The notes: generated from the letters alone by a model not told the origin. A stretch of DNA of 52,841 nt, filler included, from Mitosporidium daphniae (GCF_000760515.2; 2 parts of 2 records of this genome joined end to end with filler, not necessarily neighbours in it); one strand, 5' to 3'. Positions 1 to 11,215 are shown, numbered from the whole stretch's first letter. Made by a program: numbers and translations.

Positions 1-2
1 AA

Positions 3-263
3 AAATGGGTTTTGTCCACTTCCCAAATCACAGCTGATCACAATGATGCCTGGGGCTATGGTGAGGTTGTCGCTGACGGCTTTGGGTTGCCCTATTCTAT
101 ATATGACGACCATATTTACGTTGGAGTTTCTTCTCGCTCCTCGCTCAATGCCGATACAGAGAAATTTAAAGAAATCCTTTCCAAAACTTTGCTTTCAATG
201 TCTGAATTGATCAAGAAGATCCGCGGCGATGGCTTTGCTAGCATGCCCTCATCCTCGCTTTGA
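3..263 (+). CDS. Carnitine/choline O-acyltransferase, 3' end only (5'-truncated by window)
   Basis: Frame reads KWVLSTSQ...WGYGEVVADGFGLPYSI, matching the C-terminal W.LSTSQ and gw.VvpDGyG motifs of carnitine acyltransferases; ends ...PSSSL*. Confidence 0.85.
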   Translation, partial: KWVLSTSQITADHNDAWGYGEVVADGFGLPYSIYDDHIYVGVSSRSSLNADTEKFKEILSKTLLSMSELIKKIRGDGFASMPSSSL

Positions 264-303
264 GTTGACCCATAATAGAGCAGTAAACCATTTAATTTTG
301 GGC

Positions 304-320
304 AGGGTTAGGGTTAGGGT
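304..320 (+). repeat. Short interstitial telomere-type repeat (TTAGGG, about 2.8 units)
   Basis: AGGGTTAGGGTTAGGGT lies in the 68-nt gap between two convergent genes. Confidence 0.7.
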
Positions 321-331
321 CGATTTTGGTT

Positions 332-1514
332 TTATTTACATTTGCTGCCGTCATTGGCGCATTGCATCGACTGTAGGACGTTGTGGAAAAAGCGATAATC
401 ACTCATGATAAAAGTCGGATTTGTTATACCTTGTGGAATGTCCAATTGCTTCAATAAGTGCATGTACTTTGACGAAAGCAAGGGATCGATGTTCTGGCTC
501 GCCTCCAGCACAGTGTGATAAAGAAACGCAACAAACACGTTTAAATGGACCGATTCTTCCAACGTGGGAAAGTAATGAATAGGCGCTTCAAAGGAAAGCC
601 TGACAAAGCGCTCAGCTTCTTCCAAAAATTTGGGGATTATTTTTTCTAGCTTGTAAAGAGCATATGTTGATGGAACTTTTTGCTCCGTGGTTATGCCATT
701 ATGTGGTTGACGAAAGTAGGTTGGATTTAGAGCGGAAAACAATCCAAGCCAATTGTCATATGTGGCCATCAAACTGATAAATGAATTTAAAATCCTCCAA
801 GGCAAGGAAGCCTCAAGTTCGTGAACTTGAGCAAGTTTCTCAAGGGACCTCGACATAGAAACAAGGCCATTAACATTCCTCAAATCTAAGTAAAATTTAC
901 ATCATAAATACTAGAAAAGTATCGCACCAGCAAAAACGAATGGTTGATAATGGAATGTGGAATCGACTCGTCTAGTGCCAGTGAAAACCAGTCGAGCGAG
1001 TCTATGAGACCAAATTGATCAGACGAAATATATCTAGTCCATCTAGAATGATCAAATGACAAGTTCAAAAAGGATAATTTTTTGTCACTTAGCATATGTG
1101 AAATGGAAGTGGAATCCTAAAATTATAAAATTGACTAACCCTAAACGGAAATAAAGAGACCAACTCAATAAAAGATCCAAGAGGAATAGTACTTTGCAGT
1201 CTATGGAAGGATAAAAGCAAATATCCGGGCAGCTCGGAAGGTAAATGAATAAAAGCCATGTTTAAAAGTTTACACAGCCATTCAAGCTGAAGGTCGTCAG
1301 ACAAATAAAAAGTGCACGAAATGGCCTCAAAAAACTAGAAAAGAACCAACAAAACTACCTTTCTTTGCGTACAAAACTGGCCGATTTTTTGATCAAAAAC
1401 AACATCAAGGACATGTTGGCTTTTTGGAACATTGAACCTCGATTCAATAAAATAGGACAACTCATCAATAGGGATGTCATGATATGACTTTGAAGGAATA
1501 TCAAAATATTCCAT
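332..1514 (-). CDS. Uncharacterised 4-exon protein (about 370 aa)
   Basis: Four minus-strand ORFs join in frame through GT-AG introns of 24, 23 and 26 nt (e.g. 1335-1358); ATG at 1514. No family recognised. Confidence 0.65.
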
Positions 1515-1540
1515 TAAAAAATATTGCAATCAACCAAAAA

Positions 1541-1612
1541 CTCTCCCTCGGGGAATCGAACCCCGGTCACCCGCGTGACAGGCGGATATACTAACCACTA
1601 TACTAAGGAAGA
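1541..1612 (-). tRNA. tRNA-Asp(GTC)
   Basis: Reverse complement TCTTCCT...CCGCCT-GTC-ACGCGG...GGTTCGATTCC...AGGGAGAG forms a cloverleaf, followed by a T5 Pol III terminator. Confidence 0.97.
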
Positions 1613-2538
1613 CATAGTTTCTGTTTTAAAAAGATATTTATTATAATTATTAACCTTTCACAGTTGGTTAGTATTTTTTCAATCAAACAGAGAATGATCC
1701 GGTATAGTGGACGAATCTTTCAAAGAAAACCAATATTAAGTTTTATAATTTAATTTCTCAAACTCATGAAAGTAGATTCAAAAAATATGCAAAGCATTGC
1801 TTCAAGGTCTGACATCGAAATCACAGATAAACTCATTAAGAATCTAAAAAGCTGATGTTTGATATTGGCCTCAATTATTTATTTTAATTGCAACGCATTA
1901 AGGCATCCCTCCAACAACTTGAAGAGGGCTTTTTTCGATCGTTTGAATCATTTCTAGGACCAGAAAAGGGCGATTTATCTCAAATATCCGACTTGAGCAG
2001 GCATCTGACTAACTGAAAGATAACATGCTTTAGCTGAAAATTAAAGAGGTCGATATGGTAGGAAGTTCTTTTGATCTTATTGCCGCCACTACTATCCGGG
2101 GTCAAAACCACCGTACTCATTTGGATAACGTCATTAACTTGCTTCAATATGATGATCCGTTTGAAAAGTTTCTTGTTCCCTTGCTGCCAGCTTGTATCTA
2201 GCCTGATTTTTCCCACACCCTCGAGTTCAATTTAGTTCTGATTCTGATCTATCCATGGCTCTTTACCTCTGACTTTGAACCGCAGTCAAATACCGGTACT
2301 GACTAGCCTGGGACCAAATACTCTATCTCCCATGATTACGTTTATTACGACATAAAGAATAGCAAGCCCAAAGTTTAATTCTAACCCTACATTGTGGGTT
2401 TCAGATATTTAATTTTCAAATTTATGTATTTAATTGACCAGTTTAGTAATTATCTAGCATCATGTTGCATTGGTGTGAAATTTATGGTACAAAAGGGTTT
2501 ATATGTCTCGCATGATTTTTAACCCATTTCATACTTAA

Positions 2539-2985
2539 ATGGAGATCCAAACGATTTTATTTCCCATCCTTATGATTTTACTTCCCACTACTTTTGTGCA
2601 ATACACTACTGCAAATAACAACAAAAATAGTATATTTGACCTTCAATCTTGTGAAGTCGATCTTCATGACATTGATGATCTGGAAAACATTGTTAAAGAA
2701 GCTAGGAACAGCACGTTTCAAACTAATTTGGCAATTTCTTCGTTAAACTTCTTGATTGGAAATACAACTATAGAAATCCAAAAATACCTACCGAGCGTAA
2801 TTAACTTCGAGAAAAATCATCAAGTCGATGAATTAGAACACCTGAAATCCAAACACATGAAGCAGTTATGTTTATTAAATTTCTTGAAAAAGCTTGAAAA
2901 ATTTCCCTCCGAGCTAAAAGTACAACTCAAAAGCAAAATTTCTCTCGGACTCAACAACACCGCCAAAAAACCGCCAGCTTGGTAA
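2539..2985 (+). CDS. Small orphan protein with predicted signal peptide (148 aa)
   Basis: Intronless ORF with a hydrophobic N-terminus (ILFPILMILLPTTFVQYTTA) and a helical remainder. Confidence 0.6.
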   Translation: MEIQTILFPILMILLPTTFVQYTTANNNKNSIFDLQSCEVDLHDIDDLENIVKEARNSTFQTNLAISSLNFLIGNTTIEIQKYLPSVINFEKNHQVDELEHLKSKHMKQLCLLNFLKKLEKFPSELKVQLKSKISLGLNNTAKKPPAW

Positions 2986-4489
2986 AGCATTAAATTGAAT
3001 CGCATACAAACATTTTTAAAGGTTTTCATCTGGGGCCCAATTAATATCGTAGACGCTCTGTTCTCTGAATTAACCCCCCCCCCCCATTATTTTCAGACGT
3101 CCTAAAAAATCCCAAGTACACAAAAAAAGCTAGATATATTGCAAAGAGACAGTTTTAAGGATAGTTTCTATTAACGAATGTAAAAAATCGAGGTAAGCCG
3201 CATTGGAGAAGAAAATTGGCCCAAGTACATATAATTTTTGTGGTAAATATCCCGTTTTGCTAAAATTGCGAGAATCCTCTGATTTGGGAGGTAAATTTGT
3301 TCCAAAATGGGCATTAGAGTTAGCCAATTCTCATCCAGACCGCTCGCTAGCGCTTTTTAGTTTCGTTAGATAAAGAGGCCATCGCAGAAGCTTTGAAAGG
3401 CCTTTGGAGCTTGACACAAGAAAGAATCGTTCGAAAAACATTTAGGATTTCCCTGATCGTATGGTCATTTATGTTCACAGCCATTTAAGCGTATCGGTCG
3501 TGATCAATCGGACACCCGCCTGCTCTAGGTCATCCTGGAGGTGGTACAATTGCCCTATAAATTCTTGATGGTCGTTATGGCCACTAGATTTTCGGAACCC
3601 GAGACTCTTTTCGATGGCATTGCCTAACCCAAACCTAAAAGTGACCTTTACCCAGGCCCGGGTGGGTGCGTACCCCTTTGAACTTACAAATGCCGTATTT
3701 GTTGTAAGCCGACGGCCGAGAGAGAAATGTTTGCGCTAATAGATGGATATATCTCATTTTCCTGCCTATCATAGCATTGTTACAAAAGTGATCTCTATTT
3801 GTCGTTATAAAGATTATTCATAGGCAACTTCGAGTTGGGCTCAAAATCAAATTTTAATACGTTTTTGGTAACATTTGTGGCCTGCAAGGCCCTATGCGCC
3901 ATTAACGTCTGGTTTTTATCAATCATATTGATTCAAGTGCTAAAATAGAAATAAGCGATCAATTTACATGGATAACCTCGAGGATTTCTTCGGGGCAGTT
4001 TGTAAATGGCCAAAGCTCCATCGATTGCTAGCCCTTCAAGAGACAGACCCCAAAGATTGAAGTATCATCTTGCTGATTATTAGATGGGTTGTGTACTTTG
4101 ATCGCATAGATCTTTAGAGCAATTTCGTTACTCTATGGATCCCGGACGGTTTGATTGGCTTTACAGTTTACATGAGAAAGTCGTTCAAAATAAAATTGCT
4201 TGAACAGCCATAAGTGACAAGCTTGACTCGATAGTGTCCATAAAGTCTGTTTCCGATTTTTTTATGCTGCCACATGATAACCATATGTTTTCTCGATTCG
4301 CTTCAACTCGGGCATGTTTGTGGATCCGATAGCTTGAAATTGCGTCCAACCGAAATAGTTTTAAAAACGGGTCATTTTTACTGCTTTTGCCGGCATGTGC
4401 TTGCAATTTAAAACCATTTTCTTGTGGATTAAAATTTTGAATATTTCCTCCAATTCAAATACCATCATCCTATTTGTCATCTTCATGAA

Positions 4490-6297
4490 ATGACCAAAGA
4501 ATCCATCGCCACTCATGGTACACATCGTATCCTCTTTCCCAAGTTATATAATAACATATCAGAGATACCGACCGATAGATCCAATAACACATGCTATCCG
4601 TTGTCTTCGATTACAAAAAATGCATTGACTGAATCAAACATTCAGAGGGTGATGGGATCGATTGCTACCCATTACCTTGAAAATCCAGATGAGTCTAAAA
4701 AATGGAAGGTTCAAACAAATGTTGAAACATTGGCATTGTCCGCACCATCGCAGCCTTTAGGTTCGTCCTTTTCATCGCTAGGTTCTTGCTGCACCTCTGC
4801 TTCGCCCGTTGAAAATATAGTATCAATAGATCCACAATCTTATGTTGACCAGATTTTAGCCTCTAGCAAAGAAGCCGAAAATTCGCCTCTCCCTTTGCTG
4901 TATTTTTCTTCCTTACCTGAATCAATTACAAATCCAAAAAAAGCTACCACTAGTGGCCATGTTTTTGCCAATACTGATTTTAACGCCAATTTCGATACTT
5001 TGCTTTGCTCTGAAGCTGAAGGCAAAACGAACATCTTTTATTTATTGAATGAAAGCAAAAGAAAGCTCGGCATTGATTTGGATTTTCACAATAATTTCCC
5101 ATCTGAGCGAGATGTTGAAATTTTCCACACCTCCATTGCCAATGTTAAGCGGCAAAAGGTTGACTCGGAACCGTTGGGCAATTTATTTCTCAACAGCGAT
5201 GAAATTCAGCAAAAAATCAGAAACTTTTATGCGCCACCAAGCACCATTGACGATAGCAGAGCGAACCAACTTTGCCGACAAAAACTGCCGCATTTTTTAG
5301 AGCCAAAAAGAGATGTTTTTAAGCCTATGTTATGTTCCATTATTCTTGGCGACATTTTCATGGATGTCTGGTATAACTCTCCCTTTCCAGCCGAATATGT
5401 CAATGCACCAAAATCGGCATTATGGATCTGTCCTTGGTGTCTTAAATATTGTAGTCTTACCATTAATGCGCAAAGACATAAGCAAAAATGCCATCTGAAC
5501 CGCCCTCCTGGTAAGGAGATCCACCGTCAAGCAATTGATGATGGCAGCAGGCTTCTCATGCTTTTTGAGCTAGATGGCTCCAGGCATAAGCTTTATTGCC
5601 AAAACCTTTGTCTTCTTGCAAAATGCTTTTTAGACCATAAAATCTTATACTACGATGTTAATTCATTCTTGTTTTATGTTTTGGCAGAATATCAAACGGC
5701 CGATGATCGCCAGCATGGAGCGATGCGAATTGTAGGCTATTTTTCAAAGGAACGAAATGCAGATGTCCACAATAATGTCTCCTGCATAGTGATTTTCCCA
5801 GCATATCAGGGATTGCGCTACGGACAATATCTTATTGATTTTAGTAGGAAAATATATCTCTAAATTAGGTTATACTTTGACCAGAGCAGAGGGCCTCATA
5901 GGCGGGCCTGAAACTCCTTTATCAGATTTAGGCTTTTTGTCGTATTCAAAGTATTGGATGGAGGTATTAGTTTCAGAGCTTAAAGCCTACCTTCTATCAA
6001 AAAACGATCGGCCATTGTCGTGGACAAGTAATCTTTTGAACTTTATATTTAGATTTATCTAAAAAGACTGGAATCCACATAAACCACATCCTAACCACCC
6101 TTGAGTGGATGAACTGCCTGATGAAAGGCAGAGATGGGAAAATCTCTGTTGATGCAGATAGGCTGTTGAAATATCCGGATTCTTTGCAGGGGAAAACTAG
6201 GCCGAAGGATGAATTTCTGAGATGGAAAATTAAAAAAGTTAAAAAGTGTCACCTGTGGGATTTGAACCCACGCCCAATTACTCGGATAGCATCTTGA
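4490..6297 (+). CDS. MYST-family histone acetyltransferase (3 exons)
   Basis: WYNSPFP, C2HC finger, YCQNLCLLAKCFLDHKILYYDV, VGYFSKE and GGPETPLSDLG motifs; 25-nt GT-AG introns 5844-5868 and 6028-6052 restore the conserved alignment. Confidence 0.93.
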
Positions 6298-6330
6298 GTG
6301 CCACGTCTTAGACCGCTCGACCAAAGTGAC
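6247..6330 (-). tRNA. tRNA-Leu(CAA)
   Basis: GTCACTTTGGTCGAGCGGTCTAAGACGTGGCACT-CAA-GATGCTA, long variable arm, GGTTCAAATCC, AGGTGACA; followed by a T-run. Confidence 0.95.
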
Positions 6331-6407
6331 ATATGGAAAGGGTTAAAATGAACAACTAAATAAATTAGCTTACCTATACAAAAGATTGTTCAATTTATAT
6401 TTTTCAT

Positions 6408-6811
6408 ATGCCTATTCCAAGAGTAAGCTCTCAAATTGTTGCCTCATGGATTAAAACACCGACTTTGAAAACAAAGCCACTGATTATAGACGTTAGAGAT
6501 TGTGATTACACAGTAAATTACGTGATTTATTTTAGGATGTAAAAATACGATCGTCCTTTAACTTTCCATACGCCTCTTTTCAGAAGGATGGACTTCGAGA
6601 GCTGATGGCCCTCGTTAAGCAATCTGCGCCCGAAAAGGTTGTTTTCCACTGTCATCTAAGTCTTCAACGTGCAGTTTCTGCTTCTGAAATGTTTGCAAAG
6701 GAAATCGAGTCTGATCCATCGATAGACTGTGAAGTTTCCATATTGGATGGAGGCATCTGCGAATGGAAGGCCTTGTATGCCTCCGATCCAATGCTTACCG
6801 TAAAACTTTAG
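6408..6811 (+). CDS. Cdc25-like rhodanese-fold phosphatase / arsenate reductase (Ibp1/Ych1/Acr2 type)
   Basis: LIIDVRD, VVFHCHLSLQR (HCx5R) and ILDGG..W motifs; 23-nt intron 6513-6535. Confidence 0.85.
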
Positions 6812-6913
6812 AATTAAATTGTTTAAAAATTAAAGTTATCAGGCACCTAAATCCTGTCCCTTTTACCCTTTTTGATTTTCATCCATTATCGTTAGAACGT
6901 TGATATTAGATTT

Positions 6914-9613
6914 ATGTCGTTTATTGCCTTTAAGCCTGAAAATGCGTTGAAAAGAGTGGAAGAACTTATCCTTGTCGGCCAGTCGTCGCTTGCATTTCAG
7001 AATTTACATGACTTGATTATGTCCAAGCGCCTCAGATATAACCAAGTAAATTACGAAAACATCATGCTTCGGTATATAACACTTGCGGTGAACATGAAAA
7101 AAGGAAAAAATGCAAAAGAGGCGCTCACGCAATATAGAAACCAGACTCTGTTCTCTAACCTTAGCTCCTTCGAGCAGGTGATGCTGAAGTTTGTGGAGAG
7201 CGCTGAAAGCAAAGTACCTTGTGATCTCCATGTTGCATCCGAGGTAGAGGATTTTGATTCTTCAGATACGCCTGAATCGGCTATTGAAAGAATTCTAAAC
7301 GGTGAAGATGAAGCAGACTCTGGATTCGTCAACACACCAGATTCTGAAGATTCGTCCACTACAGCAATTCGCTTTCTTTGGGAAGCATATAGAATTTCTT
7401 TAGACATTGTGCGAAATAATACAAAGCTTGAAGTGTTTTACCGCTTTGTAGCGACCAAAGCATTTGAATTCTGCGGAAAGTATGGCAGGAAATCCGAATT
7501 TCGTCGTCTTTGTGACGTTTTGAGAAACCACCTGTCTCAAATCATAAAGACCATTCCATCGAGCATGTCACACAGTGGGATATCTCTTCTAAACCAGGAG
7601 AGCATGATTATGCAAATGCAGATCCGGTTTACGCAGTTGAATACGGCGATTCATCTCGAGGTTTGGCCGGAGGCATTCAAATCAATCGAAGATATTTACG
7701 AGCTTCTGTGCATCAACAAGAAAGGCATTGTGGACCATCAACTGATGATCAATTACTATGAGGCATTGACGAAAATCTTTCGTGTGTCAGGAAATTCTCT
7801 GTTTCTTGCAGCCGCTTGGAATAAATATCTGTCATTTGTTGGCTCGCAATCGGAAACGGTCCCACAGGCAAAACTGCAGGAATTGACCACCTGCACGCTC
7901 CTATCCGCACTTTCGGTTCCCATTCATATCTCCTCGAATTCGCCGTTTAAGGACCTTCTCAACGAGTCGGCAATGGACTACCAGGAATCTCAGTTATCTA
8001 GAGATTCAAAAATAACGGCCATGATGGGGCTCTCGAAAATCCCTACCAGGGATCAACTGATCTCCGAGGCCTCATCCTTGCACTACTGGAACCATGTGGA
8101 TACAGATGTTAAGGTCTTATACGAGATTTTATCTGCTTCTTCGGAAACGGAGTCTCCGTTTGCGATCAGCGAAAAGCTACTAGCCACTTTATCTCGGCTC
8201 AACTCGAAAAAGGTTTATGTTCAGTTTATGCCGATTGTCCAAAAGACAATATTTTCGTCCCTTTTTGAGAAAATCATCACCAGTTTGCCGCAAATTTCTT
8301 TCGATGATCTTTTGACGATCTCATCAAATATTTTCCTCTCCAAAATCTCTCTCTTTGATTTGGAGATTGCAGTTTTGCAAGAGGCTCAGCACTATTCTCA
8401 ATCTTTCAAAATATTAATTGACGATCTCACTCGCACCTTTTACATCAGGCCCGTCTTTGATATCGACTCGATTTTGGCACCAGTTTTTGAGCCCATTAAA
8501 GTGGACCTTTCGGACGCCGCTTTGGCCTCTCCGCTTGACGAAAATTCTGTGCCGGAAAGCAACAATTTAGGGTCGATTGAAGCCCAAATTTCGTCAATTC
8601 TGCCGTTAAGATCCGCGGCGTTTACTCCAGAGTCTATCTCAAACCTGAGCAAGATGCTTCGTGAAATTAGCCTTGCCCTTCAGCATGAGCAATATTTGAT
8701 CCAGCTTAATAAGGAAATCATTGCTCAAAATAAACAGACTTCAGAGGCCGTGTCCAAAGCAAAGGAGCTGAAAGAAGCAGCTGAGCTTGCCGAAAAGGCT
8801 AGTGTAGAACAGGAGTTATTCCGTGCCCAAAGAGCCGAACTATTAGAAGCGCATGAGCAGGAGCGAAAAAAAAACGAGCTTCTTGAAATTCAACTGCTGG
8901 AAAAGAGGAAGCTTATCGACCAAGTGGTTCAGAAAATTTCTGGCTACGGCAAGACTATTGATCCAAACACACTTTTATCGATGTCTCGCGAGGAGATCCT
9001 TAGGGTGCAAGCAGAATTGCTGGCTGAAGGAAAAAGAGAGGTGGAGAAAAAGGTATCCGCCATTGCCAAAAGAATGGACCATTTTGAGCGCGCTCTGCGC
9101 CAAGAGGAGCGACCCATTCTCACCAAAGATTATGAGGCCCAACGCATCCTCGATCAAGAGAGTCATGTAATTCTTAATGAAAAAAAGCGCGCTTTGGCAG
9201 CTGCTAAACATGCCCTTCAGATGGCCACAATCAAAAGTGCCGTTCTGCGTCAAGAAGAGGCCTCTTCCTATTTTGAGGCATTAAAACATGCACGTACGGC
9301 AGCAATTAGCGATGTTGCCGAAAAAATGGCCAAGGATCTTTCTTTAGCCAAGGAGGAGCGTATTGCAAAGGCCACCGCAGCTTTGCTTCAGAAAAAGGCA
9401 GATGAAGAGTATATTTCCAAAAAGCGGGCCCAGGAGGCAGAGGCCGCTGCTCGCTTACAAAAGCAGCAAGAGATGCAGCGGGCGCGAGAGGCTGAAATTG
9501 AAGCCAAGCTTGAAAAGCAGCGATCCTCGATCGGCAGTGCATCAAGCCCCTCTTCAATCCCAACCCCAGCCCGTGCATCAACCACCGGTTACAAGAAGAA
9601 GCATTATTATTAA
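6914..9613 (+). CDS. TIF32: Translation initiation factor 3 subunit A
   Basis: KPENALKR N-terminus, FLWEAYR..LDI.RNN.KLE, FRRLCD.LR.HL and DHFERALR.EE.P.L motifs. Confidence 0.95.
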   Translation: MSFIAFKPENALKRVEELILVGQSSLAFQNLHDLIMSKRLRYNQVNYENIMLRYITLAVNMKKGKNAKEALTQYRNQTLFSNLSSFEQVMLKFVESAESKVPCDLHVASEVEDFDSSDTPESAIERILNGEDEADSGFVNTPDSEDSSTTAIRFLWEAYRISLDIVRNNTKLEVFYRFVATKAFEFCGKYGRKSEFRRLCDVLRNHLSQIIKTIPSSMSHSGISLLNQESMIMQMQIRFTQLNTAIHLEVWPEAFKSIEDIYELLCINKKGIVDHQLMINYYEALTKIFRVSGNSLFLAAAWNKYLSFVGSQSETVPQAKLQELTTCTLLSALSVPIHISSNSPFKDLLNESAMDYQESQLSRDSKITAMMGLSKIPTRDQLISEASSLHYWNHVDTDVKVLYEILSASSETESPFAISEKLLATLSRLNSKKVYVQFMPIVQKTIFSSLFEKIITSLPQISFDDLLTISSNIFLSKISLFDLEIAVLQEAQHYSQSFKILIDDLTRTFYIRPVFDIDSILAPVFEPIKVDLSDAALASPLDENSVPESNNLGSIEAQISSILPLRSAAFTPESISNLSKMLREISLALQHEQYLIQLNKEIIAQNKQTSEAVSKAKELKEAAELAEKASVEQELFRAQRAELLEAHEQERKKNELLEIQLLEKRKLIDQVVQKISGYGKTIDPNTLLSMSREEILRVQAELLAEGKREVEKKVSAIAKRMDHFERALRQEERPILTKDYEAQRILDQESHVILNEKKRALAAAKHALQMATIKSAVLRQEEASSYFEALKHARTAAISDVAEKMAKDLSLAKEERIAKATAALLQKKADEEYISKKRAQEAEAAARLQKQQEMQRAREAEIEAKLEKQRSSIGSASSPSSIPTPARASTTGYKKKHYY

Positions 9614-9664
9614 ATTGACAAGTTTATGTAGCGAGCTAATTTTAAACAAATGCCGGAGCGGGCT

Positions 9665-10111
9665 TTAGAAAGATGCTGTGGAGCTTTCTGCAGGGCCCGA
9701 GCGGCATTGGCTCAATAAGTCCATGTAGAATTGACAAGAGGAGGAATCCCCTTCTTTGTTGCGGTCCATGCAGGCAAAAAGCTGTGCGAGCTGTGGCTGG
9801 CAGCTTGCTTCGATGCTTTTGAAAGGCTCTTCAGCAGGAACAGAGCTACCATTACCCATGACCATGGATGCGGCGCCACTAAGTGCCCTGCCAAGAACAT
9901 GGCCAACCGCCACGCCCGTAGCTGTTTCGGCAACGCGCGCCAGAAAGCCCTGCGCGGGCTGGGATGCCATGGCTGCAGAGGCTGCCGCAGGCTTTGGGGC
10001 TGGGACCGGTGCAGATGCTGGCCTTGCGGCCGGCGCTGATGACGATCTTGCCGACGTCGATGCGGATCTTGAGGAGGCTCTTGATTGTGCGGCAGGCTGT
10101 TTCCTTGCCAT
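9665..10111 (-). CDS. MIX17: CHCHD2/CHCHD10/Mix17-family mitochondrial intermembrane-space protein
   Basis: Arg/Ser/Ala/Pro-rich N-terminus, TATGVAVGHVLG helix, C-terminal twin Cx9C. Confidence 0.92.
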   Translation of the reverse strand: MARKQPAAQSRASSRSASTSARSSSAPAARPASAPVPAPKPAAASAAMASQPAQGFLARVAETATGVAVGHVLGRALSGAASMVMGNGSSVPAEEPFKSIEASCQPQLAQLFACMDRNKEGDSSSCQFYMDLLSQCRSGPAESSTASF

Positions 10112-10187
10112 TTTAAAATCGCATTTGCATTTCAATTGTTTTGAGTAAAATTTATTTCAAATTTTTAAACCGTAAATTTCAGTTTTC

Positions 10188-10922
10188 ATGGAGAGCCTCC
10201 CTGCCGATATGCGCTCCACACTGCCACCTGGTGCCGACGCAGACGTTGACGAGTTCAAGGCCTCGTTGATGTGCGCAAAGAAAAAATCAAAGCCAAAGAA
10301 GGCCATGCCTGCCGAGATGCAAGAGGACCATCTTATGTCATCGGACCCGCTTGGCCAGAAAAATACGCATGCCCCCATGGCTGCAGACGTAGCGTCGGTA
10401 GCCCAAGAGCGGGATGCAAAATATGCAAAGGTAAGCCGCACTTTAAATTTCTAGCTACTTAGCCGGATATTCACCATCCTACGCGAGCAGAATCCTGAGC
10501 TGTCAGGCGATAGGAAAAAGTATTCCATCGTCCCTCCGAGCATCCACCGTGAAGGAAACAAAAAAACCCTTTTTGCTAATCTTGCCGAGATCTGCAAGCG
10601 AATGAATCGCCCCCAGGAGCATGTGACTATGTTTCTTTTTTCTGAGCTTGGCACGACAGGCTCCACAGATGCCAAGCAACAGTTGATCATCAAGGGCCGT
10701 TTCCAACAAAAGCAGATTGAAAACGTACTCAAGCACTACATTATGGAATATGTGACATGCAAGACATGCAAGTCGCCCAATACCATCCTGAAACGGGAGC
10801 ACCGGCTCTTCTTCCAGCAGTGCGAAGCCTGTGGCTCGACGCGTTCCGTATCAGCAATCAAGACGGGCTTCAAAGCACAAACAGAAAAGCGCGCCTCGCA
10901 GCGCAACCGGGAAGCATCCTAA
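10188..10922 (+). CDS. SUI3: Translation initiation factor 2 beta
   Basis: Lys box, [22 protein letters not shown] and C2-C2 zinc ribbon; 24-nt intron 10431-10454. Confidence 0.95.
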
Positions 10923-11215
10923 TTAACGTATTCAGAGTCAAATAAATAGCGCCAATTCCAAAGATGCTGTAGCATGCAAGGGTTTAATGCATGCAAATGT
11001 AAACGGAGATCTAAGTGGAGGTGGAGCAGGTTCCACACTAAAATTTACAAATTACAATTGCGCCAGCGCGCTGTTGCCATTTACCATGGTACCACCATGA
11101 TGCAAGAGCCCAGGATGAAATGTTAGCCAAATTGCAGGAGATAATCTAACCCTAAATGTAAATTAGGTTGCAATCATTAATTTTAAAGAACAATTTGAGC
11201 CAATTCCCGCCACCA

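Noticed and set aside
268..275. Second WCCCATAA (DUSE-like) word
   Set aside because: No TATA and no recognisable snRNA about 60 nt downstream; that position is antisense to a CDS end.
3074..3085. C12 homopolymer
   Set aside because: Isolated run with no supporting context.
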